DNA of 64,000 bases from Vicinamibacteria bacterium. GTDB lineage: Bacteria > Acidobacteriota > Vicinamibacteria > Marinacidobacterales > Marinacidobacteraceae. The stretch lies in contig OY729431.1 in assembly GCA_963422395.1 (NCBI GenBank), positions 2,624,151 to 2,688,150 on the forward strand. The letters run 5' to 3'. This document shows, one piece after another, positions 1-7,827 of this stretch. The notes beneath the pieces were generated by a model, which had not been told where the DNA came from, did not search any database, and saw nothing but the letters and a program-made list of their open reading frames with translations. Each line of letters begins with the position of its first letter. Within the stretch, counting starts at the first letter, position 1. Made by a program: the position numbers and the translations under genes.

Positions 1-1268
1 AAGCCTCGTCGGACGGCGGCGTCCCCGGCCCCATCTTCCATCCGGGACGGCTCTCCCGAAGGGGTCAGGTCGCCTTCTGCGGCCAATGCCACCGGCAGCC
101 GACCGACTTCGAGCCCCGCGCGATCCTGGCCCGCGATCCCGGCCTCGCCCGCCACGCCGGAGCGAGCCTGATGATGAGCGCCTGTTTCCGACAGTCGCCC
201 GCGGCGGCGACGATCGCCTGCTCCGACTGCCACGACCCCCATCGCGCAGAGGCCGCGGGTCCGGACCGGACCCGGTCGGTGTGTGCCCAGTGTCACGAAA
301 ACCCGGCCGCCCTTCACTCGCGGACGAGGGTTTCCGAGGTTTCCGACTGCGCCGGATGCCACCTGCCGACCGAGAGCGAGGCCTTCCACGGCTCCTCGTT
401 CACCGATCACTGGATTCGACAGCCCGGCGATCCGCCGCCCCCGCACTCGCCCGCAGGGCGCGCCGAACTCGCCTGGCTCGAAGAGCTCTACGCGGAACGG
501 GTGCTGGAAGAGCATCCACCACGAAAGGCGGCGCGGCTTCGGGCCGGACTGGCGGAACTCCTGCACCTCCGGGGAGCACGGGCCGAAGCGCAGGGCCTCC
601 TTCGGGAGGTGCTCGCACTCGGTGCCGACTACCAGACGCGGATGAAAGCCGGCGCGCTGCTGCGCGACGGGGGACGAAGCACCGAAGCCGTCGCGGTCTT
701 CCGAGAGGCCGCCCATGAACAGCCCGAGACGCCCCACGCCTTCTACGAACTGGGGGACCTGCTGCTCGAGTCCGGCGACTTCAGCGGCGCTGTGGAACCT
801 CTCGAAAGCGCCGCCGCGCTGAGCCCGGACTCTGCCGGGGTCCGGGCAGCACTCGGCGCGGCGCTGGCCGGCGCCGGCCGGCCCGGAGAAGCCGTCGCAG
901 TGTTCCGGGAAGCCCTCGTCCTGGACCCGGATGCGCCTGCGGCGCTCGGCCCGCTCGCGGGGATCCTGGCTGCCCACCCGCAGCGCGCGCTGCGAAACCC
1001 CGCAGAAGCGGTCCGCCTCGCCGAACGGCTGGCGGGCGGGTTCTCGTTTCGCGAGCCGCGTTCGCTGGATGTCCTCGGGGCCGCCTACGCCGCCGTCGGA
1101 GATTTCAGGAGCGCGGTCGAAGCGGCGGAACGGGCTGCCGAGCTGGCAGCCGCCGGGGGCGCCCTGGATCAGGCCGCCGCCATCCGCCAGCGCCTCGCGC
1201 TCTACCGCGTGCAGCGTCCGTATATCGGCCCGCTGCCAGCGGGCGCGCCCGGTCGATCCCGCCCCTGA
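1..1268 (+). CDS. Multihaem c-type cytochrome fused to TPR repeats (5'-partial, runs off left edge)
   Basis: Frame 3 is open from nt 3. Four CxxCH haem motifs: CGQCH at 78-92 (upstream of the first Met of listed ORF 171..1268), then CSDCH, CAQCH, CAGCH. These are followed by about 250 aa of Ala/Leu-rich TPR-like repeats. Stop at 1266-1268. Confidence 0.75.
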   Translation, partial: ASSDGGVPGPIFHPGRLSRRGQVAFCGQCHRQPTDFEPRAILARDPGLARHAGASLMMSACFRQSPAAATIACSDCHDPHRAEAAGPDRTRSVCAQCHENPAALHSRTRVSEVSDCAGCHLPTESEAFHGSSFTDHWIRQPGDPPPPHSPAGRAELAWLEELYAERVLEEHPPRKAARLRAGLAELLHLRGARAEAQGLLREVLALGADYQTRMKAGALLRDGGRSTEAVAVFREAAHEQPETPHAFYELGDLLLESGDFSGAVEPLESAAALSPDSAGVRAALGAALAGAGRPGEAVAVFREALVLDPDAPAALGPLAGILAAHPQRALRNPAEAVRLAERLAGGFSFREPRSLDVLGAAYAAVGDFRSAVEAAERAAELAAAGGALDQAAAIRQRLALYRVQRPYIGPLPAGAPGRSRP

Positions 1269-1558
1269 ATCGCCGGCTCGCGGAGCGCCGATCTCGGAAG
1301 CGACGCTCTGACCCGCCAGGATCGACTCGTGCGTCTGCCGCCGGAACGCTCCAGCGCCCTGCGCGATCGGCTGACCGGAATCCCAGCCGTCGAACACATT
1401 TCGGATCGGCCTCGCGAGCGAGCGGCTTCTTCCCCGGGGTGTTTCCGGCTTCGTTTCCGGACGGTCCGGCAGCGGCGAACCCGCGGGTACACTGCGCCGT
1501 CGAGGCGCCTGTCGAGCGCCGGCGGCCCTTCGCAGACCTTCCTCCAGGAGCGACATCC

Positions 1559-2695
1559 ATGATTCCCGACCCGAGACCCCTCGCGCTTTCGAGCGCCCTC
1601 TGTTGTAGCTTGGCTCTCGTCGCCGCCGGATGCGGCGGTAGCGGCCCGCCGCCCGAAGCCCCGGCCCCTGCTGGAAACGCCGATCTGGTCCAGCGAATCC
1701 TGCCGAACCCGAATCCGGTGGTGATCACCGAGTGGGCGGCCCTGCCCGACGGACGCAACTGGGGCTCCACCGCCGGAGTGGACATCGGCCCCGACGGTCA
1801 TGTCTGGGCCTACGACCGTTGCGGCGCGAACGCCCTCGCCGGAGGCTGTGAGGAGAATCCCACGGTGCATCCGGTGCTGAAGTTCGACCGCCACACCGGA
1901 GAAGTGCTCGCCGAATTCGGCGCCGGACTCTTCGTGCTCCCCCACGGACTCCATGTGGATGCCGAAGGGAATGTGTGGGTAACAGATTCCCAGGGGAACG
2001 AAGCCGGCACCAAGGGACACCAGGTGATCAAGTTCAGCCCCGAGGGCGAAGTCCTGCTGCGTCTCGGGACCGCCGGGCAACCCGGGAGCGGGCCCGGTCA
2101 GCTGAACGAGCCCTGCGATGTCATCACCGCGCCGAACGGCGACATCTTCGTCTCCGACGGCCACAGCGGCCAGAATCCCGACCCGCCCGCGGGGCGCACC
2201 GGTCGGATCCTCAAATTCAGCCCGGATGGCGAGTTCCTCATGGAGTGGGGGAGCATCGGATTCCGCCCGGGCCAGTTCCGCACCCCGCACGCGCTGGAGT
2301 TCGATTCGGCTGGCCGCCTCTTCGTGGCCGACCGGGGCAACCACCGGATCCAGATCTTCGACCAGGAAGGCAACCTGCTCGACACCTACCACCAGTTCGG
2401 CCGCATCAGCGGTCTGTTCATCACCGAAGACGACACCCTCTACGCGATCGATTCCGAATCGCAGGAGCAGAGCCACTACGGCTGGATGAACGGGGTGCGG
2501 ATCGGTCCCGCGGGCGAGGACCGGGTCACCGGATTCATCCCGCCGCATACCCCCACCGAGGGACGGATGCTTCAGGGGGTCGCCGGTGAAGGGGTAGCGG
2601 TGGACGCCGACGGCCAGATCTTCGTCGCCGAGGGTCCAGCCTCCCGCCCATTCGCCGGCGGCGGGCTCACGAAGTACGAACGCGCACCGAACTGA
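1559..2695 (+). CDS. NHL-repeat beta-propeller lipoprotein (peptidyl-alpha-hydroxyglycine lyase-like)
   Basis: ATG 1559 preceded by GGAG (1547-1550). N-terminus MIPDPRPLALSSALCCSLALVAAGC has a lipobox. Repeated blades PHGLHVDAEGNVWVTD, LNEPCDVITAPNGDIFVSD, FRTPHALEFDSAGRLFVADRGNHRIQIFD. The listed ORF starts at GTG 1439, but that extension is not signal-like. Confidence 0.8.
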   Translation: MIPDPRPLALSSALCCSLALVAAGCGGSGPPPEAPAPAGNADLVQRILPNPNPVVITEWAALPDGRNWGSTAGVDIGPDGHVWAYDRCGANALAGGCEENPTVHPVLKFDRHTGEVLAEFGAGLFVLPHGLHVDAEGNVWVTDSQGNEAGTKGHQVIKFSPEGEVLLRLGTAGQPGSGPGQLNEPCDVITAPNGDIFVSDGHSGQNPDPPAGRTGRILKFSPDGEFLMEWGSIGFRPGQFRTPHALEFDSAGRLFVADRGNHRIQIFDQEGNLLDTYHQFGRISGLFITEDDTLYAIDSESQEQSHYGWMNGVRIGPAGEDRVTGFIPPHTPTEGRMLQGVAGEGVAVDADGQIFVAEGPASRPFAGGGLTKYERAPN

Positions 2696-2888
2696 GGCGT
2701 CGAGAACCCGCCGCTGCCTCCGGCAGGCCCGAGGCGCATCTCAAGCATCTGGCCCGTGGCCGGGAAAAGCACCATCGGCAAGTGCAGAGGTATATCTCGC
2801 TCTCGCAAGGGTGCGCCCCCGTCCGTGGTTTAAAAAATACCTGTTGCGACCGAGCCTCCGGCTCGGGCGCGGCGCAGCGGGGGTATGT

Positions 2889-2916
2889 GTGAAAGGGGGG
2901 GATCCCCCCCTTTCAC
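2889..2916. repeat. 28-nt perfect palindrome GTGAAAGGGGGGGATCCCCCCCTTTCAC (copy 1)
   Basis: Read directly. It is its own reverse complement, centred on GGATCC/GATC, with G7 and C7 runs. Confidence 0.95.
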
Positions 2917-3182
2917 GAATTGGTACCTCGAATCGCGCCCGCTGCCGCACCATCCCAGCCTGACCGCGAACCGAGTCCGGAGAACCAGGCGAGCGGCAGG
3001 AGTGCGATTCCCGGCGCGGAGCGCCGGGCGGTCCGGGAGCGGGGCGTCCCCGTGCATCCCATCAGAACGCGAGACGCGACACGACATCACGCCCCGAGAC
3101 GAGAGCGACCCCCGTCCGTGGCTTAAAAAACAACCTGTTGCGACCGAAGCTCCGCTTCGGGCGCGGCCCAGCGGGGGTATGG

Positions 3183-3210
3183 GTGAAAGGGGGGGATCCC
3201 CCCCTTTCAC
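3183..3210. repeat. 28-nt perfect palindrome GTGAAAGGGGGGGATCCCCCCCTTTCAC (copy 2)
   Basis: Identical to 2889-2916. Confidence 0.95.
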
Positions 3211-3406
3211 GAATTGGTACCTCGAATCGCGCCCGCTGCCGCACCATCCCAGCCTGACCGCGAACCGAGTCCGGAGAACCAGGCGAGCGGCAGGAGTGCG
3301 ATTCCCGGCGCGAAGCGCCGGGCGCTTCGGATGCGGGGCGTCCCGCTCTTCCCACCAGAGCGTATGACGCAACACGACATCATGCCCCGCACCCGGAGCG
3401 CTCAGC

Positions 3407-3491
3407 CGGAGGGAGGGGGATTCGAACCCCCGGACCCTTTCGGGTCAATGGTTTTCAAGACCACCGCCTTCAGCCGCTCGGCCATCCCTCC
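3407..3491 (-). tRNA. tRNA-Ser (anticodon UGA)
   Basis: Minus-strand sequence GGAGGGATGGCCGAGCGGCTGAAGGCGGTGGTCTTGAAAACCATTGACCCGAAAGGGTCCGGGGGTTCGAATCCCCCTCCCTCCG. 7-bp acceptor, anticodon loop CTTGAAA, long variable arm, GGTTCGAATCC T-arm. CCA is not encoded. Confidence 0.93.
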
Positions 3492-3586
3492 GGTGCCCAA
3501 CCCCGCCGCCGGCCGCCGCCAACCAACCCTCGACAGGCCCGCCCGACGAGGCGCCCCCAGAGAGGGCAGCCTCGCCCGGTGGTGTG

Positions 3587-4555
3587 TTATTCCGACTTCG
3601 GCAGAGCGTCGAGCATCGCCTGGGCCTGTGCCGCAGCGGGGCTGTCCGGCTCGACCTCGATCGCCATCTGCAGGTGTTCGGCAGCGGAGTCCATGTTCCC
3701 CTGATTGAGGTGCACCATGGCGATCTGCAGGTGGGGCTCGGCCCAGTCCAGACGCCGATCGGCCGCCTCGGCGTAGAACTCGATGGCCTTGTCCATCTCC
3801 CCGTTGTTGAAGTAGATCTGGCCCACATTGAACGGGATCACCTCGTCGTCGGTGGCACCCACCGCCGCTTCGAAATGGGTGACGGCGGTTTCGAGATCTC
3901 CGACGGCAACCGCCATCTCCGCGAGCGAAACATGCGCTCCAGCGTTTTCGGCCTCCTGAACGAGCACGAGCTCATAGGCAGCCCTCGCCTCGTCGGGCCG
4001 GTCCAGCTCGCGAAGCGCCGCGCCGCGGTTCAGATGCACCTGGTACATGGTCGGATCCTGCATCAGCACTTCGTCGTACCGAACGAGCGCTTCCTCGAAA
4101 CGACCCGCCTGATGAAGCTCCTGGGCCTCGGCCAGGAGCCCGCCCCCGGTGCCCGCCGACTGGCCCATCTGGGCCGGTTCGAGGACGAGGTCCATGTCGG
4201 GATTCTTCCCCGCCTGCTTCATCGGCGCCTGGTAGTTGTAGGGCATGTATCCCGGCGCCTGAACCGAGAAGTCGTACGCCCGGCTGCGAAAGCCGAGGAT
4301 GGCCCAGCGGCCCCGGTCATCCGTGGTGGCTTCGAGAATTCGCGACGAATCTCCCGCCTGTGCGGTTACGTTGGCGCCTTCGATCGGGTTGCCGGTCGGG
4401 TCCTTCACCGTCCCGGAAACGCGGCCCGTTCCCATCTGCGCCAGCACCGGCTGGGCGAGCAGAACGAGAGCGGCAGCAACGACGAAACCAGGGGCGAGAC
4501 GACTGGTGAGACCATGGGCCGGGAGACCGGTGTTCTGAACGGTGCACTTTCTCAT
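3587..4555 (-). CDS. Secreted CarboxypepD_reg-like domain + TPR repeat protein
   Basis: ATG 4555 preceded by AAGGAG. Signal peptide ...[39 protein letters not shown]...[10 protein letters not shown] (carboxypeptidase-regulatory-like fold), then TPR-like repeats. The listed ORF 3587..5119 runs through tRNA-Gln, so its upstream part is rejected. Confidence 0.8.
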   Translation of the reverse strand: MRKCTVQNTGLPAHGLTSRLAPGFVVAAALVLLAQPVLAQMGTGRVSGTVKDPTGNPIEGANVTAQAGDSSRILEATTDDRGRWAILGFRSRAYDFSVQAPGYMPYNYQAPMKQAGKNPDMDLVLEPAQMGQSAGTGGGLLAEAQELHQAGRFEEALVRYDEVLMQDPTMYQVHLNRGAALRELDRPDEARAAYELVLVQEAENAGAHVSLAEMAVAVGDLETAVTHFEAAVGATDDEVIPFNVGQIYFNNGEMDKAIEFYAEAADRRLDWAEPHLQIAMVHLNQGNMDSAAEHLQMAIEVEPDSPAAAQAQAMLDALPKSE

Positions 4556-4650
4556 CGGAAATCTCCTTCGAGGCCTCCTCTGGCCCCGTTCGCTCCGGGT
4601 CCATCCTCGGGAACGCACCCGAAAAAGGATCCCTTCCACAGACGGTCGGC

Positions 4651-4724
4651 TGGCTGGGAAGCAGGGACTCGAACCCCGATTCCACGGTCCAGAGCCGTGT
4701 GTCCTGCCATTGGACGACTTCCCA
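4651..4724 (-). tRNA. tRNA-Gln (anticodon CUG), CCA encoded
   Basis: Minus-strand TGGGAAGTCGTCCAATGGCAGGACACACGGCTCTGGACCGTGGAATCGGGGTTCGAGTCCCTGCTTCCCAGCCA. Anticodon loop CTCTGGA, cloverleaf pairs check by hand. Confidence 0.92.
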
Positions 4725-4845
4725 GTGCGCGGACCCGTTGGACGGACTCGTGAGAATAGCAGGATCGGCAGTCGGATCCGGGCCGCCCGCCCCCACCGTG
4801 TACCATCCCGGCGCCTCTGGCGGAAAGCTCGCCGGAGTGGGCGCT

Positions 4846-4932
4846 GGAGAGGTGCTGGAGTGGCTGAACAGGGCTGCCTGCTAAGCAGTTGCGCGGGAAC
4901 CCGCGCCGAGGGTTCGAATCCCTCCCTCTCCG
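4846..4932 (+). tRNA. tRNA-Ser (anticodon GCU)
   Basis: GGAGAGGTGCTGGAGTGGCTGAACAGGGCTGCCTGCTAAGCAGTTGCGCGGGAACCCGCGCCGAGGGTTCGAATCCCTCCCTCTCCG. Anticodon loop CTGCTAA, long variable arm. CCA is not encoded. Confidence 0.93.
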
Positions 4933-4937
4933 CCGTT

Positions 4938-7799
4938 CTGCGGGCGCTCCGGTGCCTGCTGCTCGGCGCCGGGCTCTGCCTCCTGCCAACCGTCGAAGGA
5001 CTCGCCGCCGTCGCGCAGCCGACCGGCGGGGTGGACGGGGTGGTTCTCGACGCCACTGGCGCGGTGCTCCCCGGCGCCCGGGTCACCCTCGTGCTCAGCG
5101 GCCGCGGCACCCGCCGCACCCAGGCCGCCGGCCCTTCGGGACGCTTCGGATTCGTCGGCCTGCCCCCCGGCGGCTACCGCATTTCCGCTACTCATCCGGG
5201 CTTTCAGGACTCGCCGCCGGCGGAAGTGGCCGTCGAGGCCGGCTCGGTCGTGGAGATCCGTCTCGAGCTCGCGCTCGCCGGCATCACCGAGAGCGTTTCG
5301 GCAGTCTCCCGACGGCCGCTGGATCTCCGGGGAAGCGGAGTTCGGGAAACCGTGGATCGGCCAGTGCTCGAGGAGCTGCCGAACACCCGCGACCTCTGGA
5401 CGGTGCTCGAGCAGACACCGGGCATCCTGATGTCCAAGATCAATGTGGGCGGCGCCGAGAGCGGCCAGCAATCGCTCTTCTCGGCGGCGGGCTCGGCATG
5501 GACCCAGAACCAGTACTACCTGAACGGGGTGAATGTGACGGACCCGGCGGCGATGGGCGCGACCATCACCTATTACGCCTTCGACAGCTTCGAGCAGGTG
5601 GAGGTTTCGACCGCCGGCCATCGCGCCGAAATCCAGACCCCGGGGGTGTTCTTGAACATCGTGACCCACCGGGGCGGCAACCGTTTCGCCGGCAGCGGCA
5701 ACCTCTTCTTCGAGCACGAACGCTTCCAGGCCGAAAACCTCGACGACGCCCTCCGCGCCCGCGGCGTGGGACAGGCGAACCGACTGCATCAGCTCCTCGA
5801 CTGGAGCGGCGATCTAGGCGGGCCCATCCTCCGGGACCGGGCCTGGTTCTATCTGAACCTCTCGCGCTTCCGCGTCGAACCGTATCTACCGGGGTTCTTC
5901 CTCGAGAACGGGGAACCCGGAGTGGACCTGACGGAACTCGACAACTTCCTCGCCCGAACGAGCCTCGAGGTCGCCGAGGGGCACGAGATCGGCCTGTTCT
6001 ACTACCGAAACGCCAAGTATCGGCCCTACCGCGGCGCGAGCCTCTTCCGGCCGCGTCCCGAAACGACTTTCCACCAGGATTCGGTGATGGCGCTCGGACA
6101 GCTCTCCTGGTCCGGGGTCTTCGACGAGTCGCTGCTGGTGGAGGCCCGCATCAGCCGGGTGGATCTCGACTTCCCTCTCGGACAGCAACCCGATGTGGAT
6201 CCGAACTTCTCCCGCTGGGAACTGAACACCGGCGTCTGGTACGGCGGTTCCGGGACGAACACCCACTACGAGCGCGACCGCTGGCAGGCGGGAGCGACAG
6301 CCACTCTCTTCCGCGACGGCCTGTTCGGCGCCGCCCACGAGTTCAAGGCGGGCTTCGAGGCCTCCCTCAACCCGGCCCGGACGACCTACGACCTGCACGG
6401 CGGCATCCTCTACATCCACGACCGGGTTCGCCCCATCGAAGTCCGGCTCTACAACGATCCGGTCGCGGTGCAGAACTTCACCCGCAATCTCGGCCTCTAC
6501 GCGCAGGACAGCCTGGTCCGGGGACGCCTCGCTCTCGAACTCGGCCTCCGCGCCGACTGGTGGAGGGCGGGATACCCCGAGCAGCAGAACGAACCCGGCG
6601 CCTGGAACGCGGCCTTCCGGAATTTCGGCATCCCGCAGAAGATCTCCGGCGCCTCGGGGCTCGTCTCCTGGTTCGGAATCGCCCCCCGAGTCGGGGTCAA
6701 CTATCAGCTCACCGGCGACGGCCGGACGCTGGTCCGGCTGAGCGCAGGGCGCTATCTCCACCAACTGGGCTTGAGCGTGCCGGAGTTCGGGAACCCCAAC
6801 GCCCGCGCCTCAGCGACCTTCCGCTTCGACGATCGGAATTTCGATGGGCTGGTGGACGAGGGCGAGGTGGATTTCGCCTCGCCGCTCGGCGTTTTCATCC
6901 CGGTGCGGAACGAAGTGGCCCCGGACCTCGCGCAGCCGGTGACCCACGAGCTGACCTTCGGGATCCAGCGCGATTTGCCCCTCGGAATCACCCTCGGCCT
7001 CACCGGGATCCTCCGCTCCGAGCGGAACCTGATCGAAGACACCGACATCGGAGTTCCGGGAAGCGCCTGGCATCCGGTCCCCCATCTGGACCCGGGCCGC
7101 GACTTCGTCCGCGGCAGCGACGACGATAACCCGATCACCCTCTGGCTGCAGGATCCGACGACGCTCGGGCAGAGCCGCTTTCGGCTCGAAAATCCGGGGA
7201 TCGGCGCGAGCTACCGAGGACTGATCCTGGAGGCGCGGAAGCGGTATTCCTCGGGTTGGCAGCTTCTGGCGTCGGTTACCGCAAGCCGCTCCGTCGGCTG
7301 GCTTTCAGGCCCCGGGGACCAGACGAACGAGGCCACCGGGTTCCCCGGGGTGCTCTTCGACAACCCCAACCACGGCGAGCTGCACCAGGGGCGCACCTTC
7401 TGGGACCGCCCCTTCCTGGCGCGGGTCTCCGGCAGCTACCGCCTTCCCTGGGGGTTCGCGGTGGCGGGTTCCTTTCGCGCCCACTCGGGTTGGCCCAATT
7501 ACCGCTCGGTGGTCTTCACCGGGACCCTGGACGGCCGGCCACTGCCGCAGGGCATGACCGAAGTGATCGTCGAGCCGCCGGGAGCGTCGCGTTCCCCGGC
7601 GGTTCCACTCCTCGATCTGCGCCTCGATTACCGGCTCGATCTGCCTGGTTCCGCAGAACTCTCGACCTATTTCGATGTCTTCAACGCGCTGAACTGGAAC
7701 CATGTCGTCGGGGAGGGCTCCCGAGACGACTCCTTCGGCGCGGTGGTGGGGATCCTCCCGCCGCGAGTGGCTCGCGTCGGCGCCCGCCTGCGCTTCTGA
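4938..7799 (+). CDS. TonB-dependent-receptor-like outer membrane protein with N-terminal CarboxypepD_reg domain (start uncertain)
   Basis: Signal-like LRALRCLLLGAGLCLLPTVEGLAAVAQ. GVDGVVLDATGAVLPGARVTLV...GGYRISATHPGF (CarboxypepD_reg). Plug-like DLWTVLEQTPGI...VGGAESGQQ. Long beta-rich body ending in RF, a typical OMP terminus. No ATG/GTG/TTG lies between the tRNA end (4932) and the signal peptide. CTG 4938 is the only candidate start there; the next GTG is near 5031. Confidence 0.7.
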   Translation: MRALRCLLLGAGLCLLPTVEGLAAVAQPTGGVDGVVLDATGAVLPGARVTLVLSGRGTRRTQAAGPSGRFGFVGLPPGGYRISATHPGFQDSPPAEVAVEAGSVVEIRLELALAGITESVSAVSRRPLDLRGSGVRETVDRPVLEELPNTRDLWTVLEQTPGILMSKINVGGAESGQQSLFSAAGSAWTQNQYYLNGVNVTDPAAMGATITYYAFDSFEQVEVSTAGHRAEIQTPGVFLNIVTHRGGNRFAGSGNLFFEHERFQAENLDDALRARGVGQANRLHQLLDWSGDLGGPILRDRAWFYLNLSRFRVEPYLPGFFLENGEPGVDLTELDNFLARTSLEVAEGHEIGLFYYRNAKYRPYRGASLFRPRPETTFHQDSVMALGQLSWSGVFDESLLVEARISRVDLDFPLGQQPDVDPNFSRWELNTGVWYGGSGTNTHYERDRWQAGATATLFRDGLFGAAHEFKAGFEASLNPARTTYDLHGGILYIHDRVRPIEVRLYNDPVAVQNFTRNLGLYAQDSLVRGRLALELGLRADWWRAGYPEQQNEPGAWNAAFRNFGIPQKISGASGLVSWFGIAPRVGVNYQLTGDGRTLVRLSAGRYLHQLGLSVPEFGNPNARASATFRFDDRNFDGLVDEGEVDFASPLGVFIPVRNEVAPDLAQPVTHELTFGIQRDLPLGITLGLTGILRSERNLIEDTDIGVPGSAWHPVPHLDPGRDFVRGSDDDNPITLWLQDPTTLGQSRFRLENPGIGASYRGLILEARKRYSSGWQLLASVTASRSVGWLSGPGDQTNEATGFPGVLFDNPNHGELHQGRTFWDRPFLARVSGSYRLPWGFAVAGSFRAHSGWPNYRSVVFTGTLDGRPLPQGMTEVIVEPPGASRSPAVPLLDLRLDYRLDLPGSAELSTYFDVFNALNWNHVVGEGSRDDSFGAVVGILPPRVARVGARLRF

Positions 7800-7827
7800 G
7801 AGAACCGGCTGCCAGCGGCCTGACGGC

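Larger units (their letters stand above)
2816..3406. repeat. Tandem direct duplication of a ~294-nt non-coding structured unit (copy 1 2816-3108, copy 2 3109-3406)
   Basis: Manual alignment gives an offset of 293-294 nt. A 130-nt block is identical (2889-3018 = 3183-3312) and the flanks have diverged. Each copy has hairpins and a palindrome. Copy 2 ends at the base before tRNA-Ser(UGA). Confidence 0.9.

Noticed and set aside
2950-3000. Resemblance of AGTCCGGAGAACCAGGCGAGCGGCAGG to the SRP (4.5S) RNA helix 8 region
   Set aside because: The GGAA tetraloop context and the flanking pairings of SRP RNA are not reproduced. Two tandem SRP genes next to a tRNA would also be implausible.
2830-3375. 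ORFs of 181 aa (minus) and 160 aa (plus, 2885..3367) spanning the tandem repeat, with internally repeated peptide sequence
   Set aside because: The translations are Arg/Pro/Gly-rich low-complexity and exist in several frames. Between-copy substitutions preserve hairpins rather than a frame. There is no start context. These are treated as artefacts of GC-rich repeat DNA.
2816-3406. CRISPR array or DGR template/variable repeat pair
   Set aside because: There are only two units of ~294 nt, directly abutting with no spacers. No cas genes and no reverse transcriptase are present. The differences are not restricted to adenine positions.
4542-4937. N-terminal 130 aa of listed ORF 4542..7799 (and GTG 4860 as start)
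   Set aside because: This part of the frame runs across tRNA-Ser(GCU) and the divergent tRNA spacer. The peptide is not protein-like, and the real signal peptide begins after the tRNA.
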